Shown here: positions 37,739 to 46,947 of the stretch, in pieces
Layout: every line of letters starts with the position of its first letter
How positions within the stretch are numbered: position 1 is the first letter of the stretch
Assembly: GCA_963834935.1 (NCBI GenBank)
Contig: CAWIDS010000001.1
Location: 367,642 to 431,641, forward strand
Direction: 5' to 3'
Origin: Candidatus Nomurabacteria bacterium
GTDB taxonomy: Bacteria; Patescibacteriota; Minisyncoccia; Phycocordibacterales; CALRBL01
Length of the DNA stretch: 64,000 nucleotides
Position numbers and translations under genes: made by a program
The notes under the pieces: model-generated
What the model was told of the DNA's origin: nothing
Seen by the model: only the letters and a program-made list of their open reading frames with translations
The model's database searches: none

Positions 37739-39295
37739 ATGGGGGTAACTCCATTGTGCCGTCCCCCCTCTCATGTAGAATTAAGAGATGAAAAAACAAT
37801 AGGCCTTCTCTTGGCATTATCATTGATCGTACCCACGTTAGCGTCGGCTAGCATAGGCAGCACAGTCAGTTCGTTTTTCGATTCGATTTTTCAGCTTCTC
37901 GACCTTTCTAATCAGACTGCTCAAGTAGCTCCCGCCGTCACTACTACCACGACTGCGGTCGCTTGTACCGATTTCAGCCGTACACTCGAATATGGCCAGG
38001 AAAGCTGGATAAATTTTGCGTATGGCTATGCTAGCTACGCAAGCAGCCATATCAGTAATGACCAGCAGCAGGCTGTCGACGTAAGCAATCTTGCTACGGC
38101 AGTCAAGAATGACACTGCCAAGCTGCAGAATATTCTCACCACTAGCGAAGGCGCTTCCATAAACGATGCTAAAGGCGTCTATGGAATAGATACCGTCAAG
38201 GCAGTCTTTGCTTTCCAGAACAAATACAATATTCCTGGCGCAGTGCCGGGAGTTTTCGACGCTCCTACTTTTGCTGAAGCTAACCAGCTTTATGGCTGCT
38301 TGAACAGGGCTTCAGTGACTCTCGTATCTCCAAACGGCAAATTCAAAGTGTTTCCCGATCAGAGCATCAGCATAAAATACTCCCTTGCAAAGATCCCTAA
38401 TACTACCAACCTTACGATCAGCTACTTGACCGCCCCATCATCTGTCGATACGACTGTCGTTGGAAATGTCATAGCAGTTGTGACATCAGTCAAAAACGGT
38501 AACGGGACATATACATGGCAAGTTCCTACAGGACTTGCGCCAGGAGAATACAAGCTAAGGCTCGTCCTCACCGGTAGTACCAAGAGTGACGTGAGTGATA
38601 ATGCTTTTACGGTGACTTCTCAAGTGCCTGATCTTTCAGTTTCTTTTCCGGATTCAGGTACAGTTCTCACCACTGGGCAGGTTTATGACATAAAATGGAA
38701 GTCGCTTACGGGAGCGAATGACACTTACACCATATCTCTTACTGGTCCGGGCGTAAGCAATATCACTCTCGGGACGGTAAATGCTTTGGCTGGCGATTTC
38801 AAGTGGCAAGTTCCGACGACTATCACCCCTTCAGACGGCTTCGGGCTGCTCTTCAATAATTCTACCAACCCTTCATCCCTCCAGTCAGCCTCAAAATCTT
38901 TCTCTATCGAGGCACCGAGCACGTCAGCTCTTAATTTCCTCATCCATTCAAAATTCCTAGGGGAAGAGAAGCAGAATAATTCGGTCACTACAGAAGACAG
39001 CTCCCTTTCAATTGATTCCATTACTGGATCTTCAGCAGGAAAGATCGATCATTGGAGCATGACTTTGATGTGTCCGACGAATTTGAGCCTCTATACGTCG
39101 AACGGCACCGCAAAAACGGCTTGCGATGGTAGGACTCCATTGAACATATCGAATATCAATGCTATTCCTGAGATACGAGTGATACGAAACGATGGTATAA
39201 GCGGAGGATCCATTCAGCTAGAGATAAAAGCATATGACAAATCGGGGAATGTCCTTGGTGATAAGACGTACTCATTAGCAGTAGCTTTTGGATAA
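37739..39295 (+). CDS. Secreted Ser/Thr-rich protein with putative peptidoglycan-binding (PG_binding_1-like) domain
   Basis: A signal-like hydrophobic segment (IGLLLALSLIVPTLASA) is present. GVYGIDTVKAVFAFQNKYNIPGAVPGVFDAPTF resembles the PG-binding repeat. Long Thr/Ser/Asn-rich repeats follow. Confidence 0.55.
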   Translation: MGVTPLCRPPSHVELRDEKTIGLLLALSLIVPTLASASIGSTVSSFFDSIFQLLDLSNQTAQVAPAVTTTTTAVACTDFSRTLEYGQESWINFAYGYASYASSHISNDQQQAVDVSNLATAVKNDTAKLQNILTTSEGASINDAKGVYGIDTVKAVFAFQNKYNIPGAVPGVFDAPTFAEANQLYGCLNRASVTLVSPNGKFKVFPDQSISIKYSLAKIPNTTNLTISYLTAPSSVDTTVVGNVIAVVTSVKNGNGTYTWQVPTGLAPGEYKLRLVLTGSTKSDVSDNAFTVTSQVPDLSVSFPDSGTVLTTGQVYDIKWKSLTGANDTYTISLTGPGVSNITLGTVNALAGDFKWQVPTTITPSDGFGLLFNNSTNPSSLQSASKSFSIEAPSTSALNFLIHSKFLGEEKQNNSVTTEDSSLSIDSITGSSAGKIDHWSMTLMCPTNLSLYTSNGTAKTACDGRTPLNISNINAIPEIRVIRNDGISGGSIQLEIKAYDKSGNVLGDKTYSLAVAFG

Positions 39296-39320
39296 AAAGA
39301 AAATCAGTTATAATCAGCTG

Positions 39321-40688
39321 ATGTCCAAACAACTTAAGCTGACTTTTTGCGGCGGATCGGGATCGGTGACCGGAGCGGATTTTCTTCTAGAGAATGAGAA
39401 CGTGAAGATACTCGTCGATTGCGGAATGGAACAAGGTACGAAAGTAGCGGATCAGTTCAATCACGCGCCTTTTCCGTACGATCCTGCCGAGATAGACATC
39501 CTGCTCGTCACTCATGGCCATATCGATCATGTCGGAAAGATTCCGAAGCTTGTGAAGGACGGCTTCAAAGGAATCATTTATTCCACGCCCGAAACCAAAG
39601 ACATCTCGGCCCTGATGCTCGAAGATAGCGTCAAGATTCTCGGTCAGGAAGCAGTCCGCAATGGCGTGCTGCCTCTTTATGAGGAAAAAGATGTTCAAAA
39701 AGCTTTTTCTTTCTGGAAGACTATCCCTTATCATCAGAAGACCGCCATCTTCCCTGAATTCGAAGTGTATATAAAAGACGCTGGTCATGTCCTTGGCTCG
39801 TCGATGTATGAAATACTGTACAACGGCAAAAAAATAGTTTTCACAGGTGACTTAGGAAACTCACCCACGCCGCTTCTCCGCGATACCGAAGATATTACTG
39901 ACGCTGATTACCTGATCATGGAAAGCGTCTATGGAGATCGCAATCATGAAGAGAAGGAACAAAGGAAAGCCAAGCTCGAAGATGTCATCGAAGATACCGT
40001 GAAAAGGAAAGGGGTACTGATGATTCCGTCATTTTCACTCGAGAAGACGCAAGTGATCCTCTACGAGATCAATGACCTCATCGAGGAAGGCCGCGTGCTG
40101 TCACTTCCGGTGTACATCGACTCGCCTTTGGCTATAAAGATCACCGAAATCTACAAGCGCTATCCCCAGGATTTCAATCCTGCCACACAGAAGCTCATCA
40201 AAGGAGGCGATGACATCTTCAATTTCCCTAAACTTCATTTCACCTCGACTTCCGACGAATCGAAAGCAATCAAGATGACTCCCGACCCAAAGATAATCAT
40301 CGCCGGTTCCGGAATGTCCAATGGTGGCCGCATCACACATCATGAATTGAATTATCTTCCTGATCCGAGAAACACTCTTCTTCTTGTAGGCTATCAGGCG
40401 GTCAATACTCTCGGCCGTCAAATCAGGGAAGGAGCGAAATCAGTCACTCTTTTCGGCCAGAACGTGCCTGTCCGCGCCCGCGTCGAGCATATCGACGGCT
40501 ATTCTTCTCACAAGGACTCCGAGCATCTAGTGGAATTCGCTGCAAAGACGGCAGATACGGTGAAGAAGGTCTTCGTGGTCATGGGAGAGCCGAAATCATC
40601 CCTTTTCCTCGTACAGCGTCTCCGTGATTATTACGGGATTGAAGCATACAATCCGATGCAAGGAGACAGCGTCATCTTAGAATGCTAA
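39321..40688 (+). CDS. Metallo-beta-lactamase / beta-CASP ribonuclease (RNase J-like)
   Basis: ATG at 39321 gives MSKQLKLTFCGGSGSVTGADFLL. The HxHxDH motif (THGHIDHVG) and beta-CASP motifs follow. Confidence 0.75.
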   Translation: MSKQLKLTFCGGSGSVTGADFLLENENVKILVDCGMEQGTKVADQFNHAPFPYDPAEIDILLVTHGHIDHVGKIPKLVKDGFKGIIYSTPETKDISALMLEDSVKILGQEAVRNGVLPLYEEKDVQKAFSFWKTIPYHQKTAIFPEFEVYIKDAGHVLGSSMYEILYNGKKIVFTGDLGNSPTPLLRDTEDITDADYLIMESVYGDRNHEEKEQRKAKLEDVIEDTVKRKGVLMIPSFSLEKTQVILYEINDLIEEGRVLSLPVYIDSPLAIKITEIYKRYPQDFNPATQKLIKGGDDIFNFPKLHFTSTSDESKAIKMTPDPKIIIAGSGMSNGGRITHHELNYLPDPRNTLLLVGYQAVNTLGRQIREGAKSVTLFGQNVPVRARVEHIDGYSSHKDSEHLVEFAAKTADTVKKVFVVMGEPKSSLFLVQRLRDYYGIEAYNPMQGDSVILEC

Positions 40689-40700
40689 TATATATAGAAT

Positions 40701-41282
40701 ATGAACACTGATAACAAGCATGGCAACAACAAGATAAAGATTTGCGTTTCTGGCTCGGCTGACATGAGTTTCCTTCCGCCTGAAGATTACGAGCGGGCGA
40801 AAGAGCTAGGGCGCGAAATTGTGCGCCAAGGAGCAACCCTTCTCACTGGCGCCACCACCGGTTTTCCGCTCTGGGCAGCCATGGGCGCAAAGGAACAAAA
40901 AGGCATTTCCATCGGTTTCTCGCCGGCATCAACTGAAAAAGAACACGTCAAGACATACCGGCTACCTTTGGATTACATGGATATTATCGTGTACACGGGA
41001 TTCAACTACACTGGCCGGGATCTTCTCCTCACTCGATCTTCAGACGCTGTCATCATCGGTCCGGGAAGGATAGGCACTATTCACGAATTCACTATTTCGT
41101 ACGAAGATAACAAGCCGGTCGGCGTGCTTGAAGGAGATTGGGATACTGATGAAGTCATCAGGAACATAATGGAAAAAAGCCATAGGACTAATCCGAAGAT
41201 CATCTTCGGCAAAGACCCTAAGGCTCTCGTAGCGAGGATCATTGAGATGGTGAAAAATGAGAAAGAGGAGATAAGGCTGTAA
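40701..41282 (+). CDS. LOG-family / TIGR00725 Rossmann-fold nucleotide-binding protein
   Basis: The LOG-like pattern has an N-terminal ICVSGSA Rossmann motif and PGRIGTIHEF (PGGxGTxxE). Length 193 aa. Confidence 0.6.
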   Translation: MNTDNKHGNNKIKICVSGSADMSFLPPEDYERAKELGREIVRQGATLLTGATTGFPLWAAMGAKEQKGISIGFSPASTEKEHVKTYRLPLDYMDIIVYTGFNYTGRDLLLTRSSDAVIIGPGRIGTIHEFTISYEDNKPVGVLEGDWDTDEVIRNIMEKSHRTNPKIIFGKDPKALVARIIEMVKNEKEEIRL

Positions 41283-41320
41283 AATAATAAAAAAATAAGC
41301 TTTTTATTTTTCCGATTATT

Positions 41321-41665
41321 TTACTTTACCTCGTTGACGATTGCTTCGAAGGTGGAAGGGGATTCCTTTGCGATCTGCGAAAGGACCTTCCGGTCGAGGG
41401 CGATGTTCGATTTCTTCAGTGCGCCGATGAACTTGCTGTATGAAAGGCCGTGAGGGCGGAGAGCGGCATTCAATCGGACTGTCCAGAGGGAACGCATGTC
41501 GTTCTTCTTGTCGCGTCGGTGGGCGAATGCGCTTGCTCCAGCATGGAAGATGGCTTCTTGGGCCTGTTTTTCTTTCTTTGATCGGCCGAAACGATAACCC
41601 TTTACCTGCTTGAGGATATTTCGTCGGCTCTTTAGTGCGTTTACTCCTTTTTTAACTCGTGTCAT
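41321..41665 (-). CDS. rplT: 50S ribosomal protein L20
   Basis: MTRVKKGVNALKSRRNILKQVKGYRFGRSK. Confidence 0.9.
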   Translation of the reverse strand: MTRVKKGVNALKSRRNILKQVKGYRFGRSKKEKQAQEAIFHAGASAFAHRRDKKNDMRSLWTVRLNAALRPHGLSYSKFIGALKKSNIALDRKVLSQIAKESPSTFEAIVNEVK

Positions 41666-41680
41666 ATGTTTATGTTAAAT

Positions 41681-41869
41681 TTATTTGCTCTTGATGAGGA
41701 ATCGGGACTTGTATTTGTTGCTCATAGTGAATGAGGCTGATCGGCTCTTCGATAGCTGGCTTCGGCCTGATTCCTTAGCGTTGAAATGGTTCTGGCCCGG
41801 CTTTCGAGCGACGATCTTGCCGTTTTTTGTGACCTTGAGCCTCTTCATGTATGATTTGTTTGTTTTCAT
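41681..41869 (-). CDS. rpmI: 50S ribosomal protein L35
   Basis: MKTNKSYMKRLKVTKNGKIVARKPGQNH is the L35 pattern (PK.KT....KRF..T..GK). Start is taken at the internal Met. The longer 82-aa ORF overlaps infC. Confidence 0.7.
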   Translation of the reverse strand: MKTNKSYMKRLKVTKNGKIVARKPGQNHFNAKESGRSQLSKSRSASFTMSNKYKSRFLIKSK

Positions 41870-41876
41870 TTTTTTA

Positions 41877-42389
41877 TTATGCCTTTTCGATGATGACTGT
41901 AAGCCCTTTGGGACTTTTTTTCGGTTCATCAGCCTTGAATTCTTCGGAAATCAGCTTGAGTATCCTGTCGAGCCTTTCTTTGAGGAAATCGACATTGAGA
42001 TACTTGGACCTTCCGGGAAGGAAGAGGTCTATCTTGATTTTATGGCCTTCCTTAAGCCATTCTGACGCTTTCTTAGCCTTGAGTTCAAGATCGTGTTCTC
42101 CGGTTCCTATCTTGACCTGCAGAGTCTTGATTTCTGCGATCTGGACGCGGGATTTTGAGGACTTAAGCTTCTTGTTTTCGTCGTACTGAAATTTACCATA
42201 ATCCATGATTTTTGCAACCGGGGGAAGGGCTTTGGGTGAAATCTCGATGAGGTCCAGCCCTGCTTCCCGGGCCTTGTTCAAGGCATCCGCAAGGGTGATC
42301 ACTCCGTAGTTTTCTCCCTCAGCGCCGATGACCCGGAGTTCAGGCGCAGTTATTTGATGGTTTATTCGCGTATGTGGTGTATGTGCCAA
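41877..42389 (-). CDS. infC: Translation initiation factor IF-3
   Basis: INHQITAPELRVIGAEGE..GVI....AL..A...GLDLIEISP.A.PPVAKIMDYGKFQY. Confidence 0.85.
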   Translation of the reverse strand: MAHTPHTRINHQITAPELRVIGAEGENYGVITLADALNKAREAGLDLIEISPKALPPVAKIMDYGKFQYDENKKLKSSKSRVQIAEIKTLQVKIGTGEHDLELKAKKASEWLKEGHKIKIDLFLPGRSKYLNVDFLKERLDRILKLISEEFKADEPKKSPKGLTVIIEKA

Positions 42390-42451
42390 GTGCTAAAATT
42401 TAACTTTTAATGTGTATGATACTTTAACACATTAAGGGAAATATGAAAGTA

Positions 42452-43111
42452 TTACTTCACGATACGGCCGTAATCGTTAAACACGAGCACTTTCCAGGGA
42501 TTCTTGCTGCGCCATTTCTGGAGAGGGGAGTATTGGACAACGGTCACCGCAGCGTTGTTTATAGGATTGAGAAAATCTAGTTTGACGAATTCGTGGGATT
42601 CAAGCTTGTTGCCTTTCTCGATGTAGGAGATGACCATCTTCAGGAAGATGCGGTGAGAGACGCACATGATGTGTTTTTCCGGCCGGGCAGCGAGGAATGC
42701 AAGCAGATTCTCGGCCCGTTTCCTCAGGTCTTCGAAGTTTTCTTCGTCCGAATAACGAAGGTCGCTCTGATGGAAGCTCCGGTCGATGACATCCATTATC
42801 TTCTGGACTTCAGGAGAGTCCGCATCCTTTCCTACGATTTCCGAAGGATTCTTGCGTTCGATGAGCAGAGGGCTCTCGACGATCTTCTTCTTGAGCGTCT
42901 CGTTGATGAAAGTAGAGGTCTCCTTGGCGCGCTGATAGGGGCTCGTGAAGATGATATCGACGGGTATATGCTTGAATCGCTCTCCGACGAATCGCGCCTG
43001 CGTCTGGCCGAGCTCGCTCAAGCTCCCCGATGCTCCTTGGCGGACATTGCTGGCATTATTAGCACTCTGGCCGTGCCTGATGAAATAGATTATTTTTTTT
43101 GACCACCACAT
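42452..43111 (-). CDS. Histidine phosphatase family protein (phosphoglycerate-mutase-like)
   Basis: IYFIRHGQS is the RHG catalytic motif at the N-terminus. Length 219 aa. Confidence 0.75.
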   Translation of the reverse strand: MWWSKKIIYFIRHGQSANNASNVRQGASGSLSELGQTQARFVGERFKHIPVDIIFTSPYQRAKETSTFINETLKKKIVESPLLIERKNPSEIVGKDADSPEVQKIMDVIDRSFHQSDLRYSDEENFEDLRKRAENLLAFLAARPEKHIMCVSHRIFLKMVISYIEKGNKLESHEFVKLDFLNPINNAAVTVVQYSPLQKWRSKNPWKVLVFNDYGRIVK

Positions 43112-43161
43112 GCGGATAAATATATCATATCTTCATCATCATTTTATGATAATATGGAAGA

Positions 43162-43434
43162 ATGTTCATGAGATCTCCGGAAAGCCCCATATCCCAGGAA
43201 AGTCTCGACTCCTTTTTGGAGAGTTTTCAAGCTGACTCGCTTTCCGAAATGAAGCAGCGTCTTGCAGAATATTTTCATCCGCTCATTGGCGAATCGACCA
43301 TCGAAGCGCATTACGATGATTTTGAGAAGGGGACAGGATCAATCATGTTCGGTGACAGGAAAATCGGCACCTTTGAAATATTTCCGTTCAAGGCCGTCTT
43401 AGATAAGGAGGAGATGATTAATTGTCTTAGTTAG
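43162..43434 (+). CDS. Hypothetical small protein
   Basis: 90-aa acidic ORF with no motifs. Its 3' end overlaps the putative ssrA promoter. Confidence 0.3.
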   Translation: MFMRSPESPISQESLDSFLESFQADSLSEMKQRLAEYFHPLIGESTIEAHYDDFEKGTGSIMFGDRKIGTFEIFPFKAVLDKEEMINCLS

Positions 43435-43450
43435 TTTTTCGTGTTATAAT
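43422..43450 (+). promoter_or_regulatory. Sigma70-like promoter of ssrA: TTGTCT-N17-TATAAT with TG extension
   Basis: TTGTCT at 43422–43427 and TATAAT at 43445–43450, preceded by TGt. The position is about 28 nt upstream of the mature tmRNA 5' end, consistent with a processed precursor. Confidence 0.5.
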
Positions 43451-43477
43451 TTGAGAGTTCATTGAAAATCAACCAAT

Positions 43478-43880
43478 GGGAATGACAGGCATCGACAGGA
43501 GAAGCCATTCCTGATTTGCGGCATAGAGCTCCGGGAACTCTTTAAAAGCCCGGAAAACCGAAATGCAAAATCTGCACTTTCAATGGCCAAGTCTGTTGTG
43601 TCTCCGTATTTCGGAGCCAACGATTTCGCTTTCGCTTACGTCCGAGCCTAAATTTTAGACTCGCGCCTAGCGACGCTTCATGGTCCTAGTCCTCTCGGGA
43701 ACAGCGGAGTGTTATAAAGATGAGGATGCTTCGCCAAGCGCCCCGTACGGCGACCAAGACAAGGGGCAAAGCTGACGACCATTTTGTTGATTTCAAGGCC
43801 GTCATTCGAACAAATCATCTACATGCCGTAGATTAGTCAGGAACCTCTCTTGCACCCGAGTTCAATTCTCGGCATTTCCA
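43478..43880 (+). ncRNA. ssrA: Transfer-messenger RNA (tmRNA, ssrA)
   Basis: The 5' GGGAATG pairs with the 3' CATTTCC as an acceptor stem with a G3·U wobble. The conserved ATCGACAGG box follows the 5' strand. A T-arm CCGAG-TTCAATT-CTCGG precedes the 3' acceptor strand and a discriminator A. An internal tag ORF GCC AAC GAT TTC GCT TTC GCT TAC GTC CGA GCC TAA encodes ANDFAFAYVRA. smpB lies about 2.6 kb downstream. Confidence 0.8.
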
Positions 43881-44014
43881 CTATTTTATTGTCTTCAAGT
43901 AGGCTTTGTAAGATAGGGCGTCCAGAGACGTCCTTTTAAAACGTGAAGGGCCCCAAGCCCTCCGGATCGATATACATTATCAAGGTCGCTTAACATTATT
44001 AGCATTATAAACAT

Positions 44015-46075
44015 ATGATTAAAAAAATTATTGCCATATTGGCAGCATTTCTACTCACATTGAATTTCATCCCGTCGCTGGTGTCTGCTGATCAGACAAT
44101 GGTCACCCAGACTACCACTACCACGGCAGCAACCATTCCGTCAGGTTTCGTATTCACTCGCGACCTTACGGTAGGAAGCACCGGACAAGATGTCGTGGAG
44201 CTTCAAGCATATCTTGTCGGCAAGGGATTCTTGGTCATTCCTCCAGGAGTGTCCGAAGGATATTTCGGTCCGCTTACTAAGGCAGCTCTCGGCTTGTTTC
44301 AGGCAAGCGTGAACATTTCGCCTTCAGTCGGATATTTCGGCCCGATTACCAGGAACTATCTCAACACTCATGGGGTAGTGACCGCCTTTCCTGACGGCTG
44401 TACTTCGAACGTCGGTTTCAGCACAACCACCGGCGCTTCGTGCGACACGTCAGGCGCACAGCAGCTCTGCCCTAACGGAAACACCCTTCAGAGCAATTGT
44501 ACTGTACCTTCAACCGTAGCTCTCTGCCCTAACGGAATGACTCTTGCAAGCAACTGTACTGCAGCTCCTGTAACATCATCAACTGGTTCTACTGCTACCG
44601 GCATCACTACTCCAGGCGCAGAAGGTATCTTGAGCATCACTCAGGGTCCTATCTCAACCTCAGTAGTCAACGTCGGCCAGACTCAGGCTCCGGTATTGAC
44701 AGTTCGAGCTCAGGCTCAGAACTCAGATATCGCCGTCCAGCGAATCACTGTTGACGTTGGTTCATCAACCACCATCTACAACAAGATCTACAGCCAGTTC
44801 TACGTTACAGACGGAACCAATGTCCTAGCGACAGTTCCTCTTAACTCGACTACTGTAGTTCAGAGCGGTACAGATTACGTAGTCAACCTTACTGGCTTCA
44901 ACATCCTTGTTCCAAAGAACACCTACAAGGATATCGTCATCAAGGCTGACTTGTTCTCTTCGATCGACTCAAACTACATCGCTTCTCCTTACGTATTAAG
45001 CGTAATGTCAAACGGAGTTCGTGGAATTGACGGAGCAGGAATCGATCAGTACGGTCCAACAGGCTCAATCAGCCAGACCATTACTATCAACCCAAGCTTG
45101 ACTGACAATGCTCAGGCAAACCTTTCGGCTGATCCTTCGACTCCCCTTACCAACACACAGGCAGTTACTGACACGACAAACAATCAGTACCTCGGCCTTC
45201 CTGTCCTCTTGTTCGATATCAATGCTCAGAATGACTCATTGCATATCCACAACTTGACAGTTCGATTCACAAGCAACGCTACAAGCACATTGACCGCCGC
45301 TTACTTGTACCAGGGTTCAACTCCTATACAGTCAGCTTCGATCAACAGCAGCAACGGTACAGCAGTGTTCAACAACATTCCTGACAATACCGCAGCAGCA
45401 GTCGTCGCTTTGAACTCGACACAGCCATTCACTGTACGTGCTGACGTAACAAACGTAGGAGTAACTCCAACGACTGTTACTGCAACTATCAACAGCGGAG
45501 ACCTTGTCGCTTACAACTCTCTTGACGAGAATGCGATCGTCAACGGATCAGCTGTAGGAAACACACAGACAGTAGTAGGAAAGGGACCACAGTTCAGCCT
45601 CGCATCGACGCCGACGATTTCGGTCAATGGGGTCAATGAGAGCGGAAGCACCCAGAGTACATCTACTGTGACAGCGACGTTCTACGTCAACGTCAAAGCA
45701 GTAGGCTCGAACGTCTACTTCCATGATCAGACCCTTCCTAATCCAATGTTTACCTTCAAAGTCTTTGACGCTGCAGGAAATGACGTGACATCTCAAGTTG
45801 CTGCCACAAGCTCAGGATTCATCATCCCTACCGGATCAGGAGTCGTGACTTCAGGTCAGCCAGCTCACACGTTCTACATCCCACAGTCGAACTCAGCAAC
45901 TATCGGTCCAGTGACCTTTAGCTTCGCAGGTAAGTATGGAAACGCTCCTCTCACGAACGGACCATATTCAGTTGAGATATCGGGAATCAATTCATCGACT
46001 GATGGAGTGAACTTCACGACAACCAACTACATGGACGGTCTATCAACATGGAGGACAAACGGAGTCAATCCTTAG
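44015..46075 (+). CDS. Secreted Ser/Thr-rich protein with peptidoglycan-binding-like domain
   Basis: The signal peptide is MIKKIIAILAAFLLTLNFIPSLVSA. STGQDVVELQAYLVGKGF...GYFGPLTKAALGLFQ matches the PG_binding_1 pattern (two repeats). About 550 aa of T/S/N-rich sequence follows. Confidence 0.6.
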   Translation: MIKKIIAILAAFLLTLNFIPSLVSADQTMVTQTTTTTAATIPSGFVFTRDLTVGSTGQDVVELQAYLVGKGFLVIPPGVSEGYFGPLTKAALGLFQASVNISPSVGYFGPITRNYLNTHGVVTAFPDGCTSNVGFSTTTGASCDTSGAQQLCPNGNTLQSNCTVPSTVALCPNGMTLASNCTAAPVTSSTGSTATGITTPGAEGILSITQGPISTSVVNVGQTQAPVLTVRAQAQNSDIAVQRITVDVGSSTTIYNKIYSQFYVTDGTNVLATVPLNSTTVVQSGTDYVVNLTGFNILVPKNTYKDIVIKADLFSSIDSNYIASPYVLSVMSNGVRGIDGAGIDQYGPTGSISQTITINPSLTDNAQANLSADPSTPLTNTQAVTDTTNNQYLGLPVLLFDINAQNDSLHIHNLTVRFTSNATSTLTAAYLYQGSTPIQSASINSSNGTAVFNNIPDNTAAAVVALNSTQPFTVRADVTNVGVTPTTVTATINSGDLVAYNSLDENAIVNGSAVGNTQTVVGKGPQFSLASTPTISVNGVNESGSTQSTSTVTATFYVNVKAVGSNVYFHDQTLPNPMFTFKVFDAAGNDVTSQVAATSSGFIIPTGSGVVTSGQPAHTFYIPQSNSATIGPVTFSFAGKYGNAPLTNGPYSVEISGINSSTDGVNFTTTNYMDGLSTWRTNGVNP

Positions 46076-46117
46076 TCTCTCTTGGATAGTCGCTCACTGA
46101 ACGTGACAAAACTAAGA

Positions 46118-46150
46118 CCGCCTCATTCAAGGGGCGGTTTTAGTTTTGTC
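46118..46150 (+). terminator. Intrinsic terminator after the 44015 gene
   Basis: ACCGCCTCATTCAAGGGGCGGT hairpin followed by TTTTAGTTTTG. A near-identical sequence recurs at 63148. Confidence 0.6.
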
Positions 46151-46159
46151 TCAACGGTG

Positions 46160-46187
46160 TTGACATAGAAAAAGAGCATGCTAGTAT
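46160..46187 (+). promoter_or_regulatory. Sigma70-like promoter TTGACAT-N-TGCTAGTAT
   Basis: TTGACA at 46160–46165 with a 16-nt spacer, and TGcTAGTAT at 46179–46187. The architecture and sequence are nearly identical to the promoter at 25332. Confidence 0.45.
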
Positions 46188-46430
46188 CTTTTTCATACCA
46201 GCTTCCGCTCTCATGGTGAGCAGGGGAAGCAGGCGATCCAATAAAAATATGATCAAATCAGACCATGGCCAAAAGGCCAATTGTCAGCGTAATATCCCGG
46301 TGAGCCTCCGCGGCTGTAGCAATTATTCCATCTTGGCTTCCAGCGGCGTCGCCCTCCCTCGTCGAGACTGATCGCCCCGCGGCGGCCGAAGCCTCCCGCC
46401 AAGGCCACATCGGCTGCTGCCGCGATCAAA

Positions 46431-46480
46431 ATGCCGGTCCCATCATGGGGGCCGGCATTTACTCTTCCTTTTTTATTTTA
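46431..46480. terminator. Bidirectional terminator (GC hairpin ATGCCGGTCCCATCATGGGGGCCGGCAT plus T-rich tract) shared by the upstream GC-rich element and smpB
   Basis: Hairpin followed by TTACTCTTCCTTTTTTATTTTAT on the plus strand. It lies immediately downstream of the smpB stop on the minus strand. Confidence 0.55.
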
Positions 46481-46916
46481 TCTTCCTGCCGATATCCCTT
46501 TCAGTATCCCGTTTCTTAATGCTTTGGCGCTTGTCGAATTTCTTCTTGCTTTCGGCGATGGCTATGTCGATCTTTATCTTGTTCTTCGAAGTATAAATCG
46601 AAAGGGGAATGAGGGTCTGCTTCTTCTTCGAATCGATGTCCGCCATCTCTTTTATCTCCTTCTTGTGGAGGAGTAACTTTCTGGGACGATGGGCGTCATA
46701 TGAAGAAAGAGCGTTGGCTGGCTGGAAAGCAGGAATATTCGCTCCGACGAGGAATGCTTCGCCGCCGCGCACTATTATATATGAGCCCTCAAGAGAAGAG
46801 CCTCCTTGCCTCAGGGATTTCACCTCGGTGCCCAGAAGCTCGATGCCTGCCGACATCTTTTCTTTGATCTCGTAGTTGAAATATGCCTTTTTGTTAGATG
46901 AAAGCTCCATGATCAA
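46473..46916 (-). CDS. smpB: SsrA-binding protein SmpB
   Basis: NKKAYFNYEI.E....GIEL.GTEVKS.......L..SY...........GANI..Y.......HRPRKLLLHKKEI is the SmpB signature. Confidence 0.9.
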   Translation of the reverse strand: MIMELSSNKKAYFNYEIKEKMSAGIELLGTEVKSLRQGGSSLEGSYIIVRGGEAFLVGANIPAFQPANALSSYDAHRPRKLLLHKKEIKEMADIDSKKKQTLIPLSIYTSKNKIKIDIAIAESKKKFDKRQSIKKRDTERDIGRKIK

Positions 46917-46947
46917 ATGTTAGCATGACTTATCCTATTATTGTATA

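Noticed and set aside
46180-46470. RNase P RNA / SRP RNA / 6S identity for the GC-rich element
   Set aside because: No GGAAAGUCCGG (P4) or SRP domain-IV AGCAGCC/GGCA-type consensus could be found. It is left as an unclassified candidate ncRNA.
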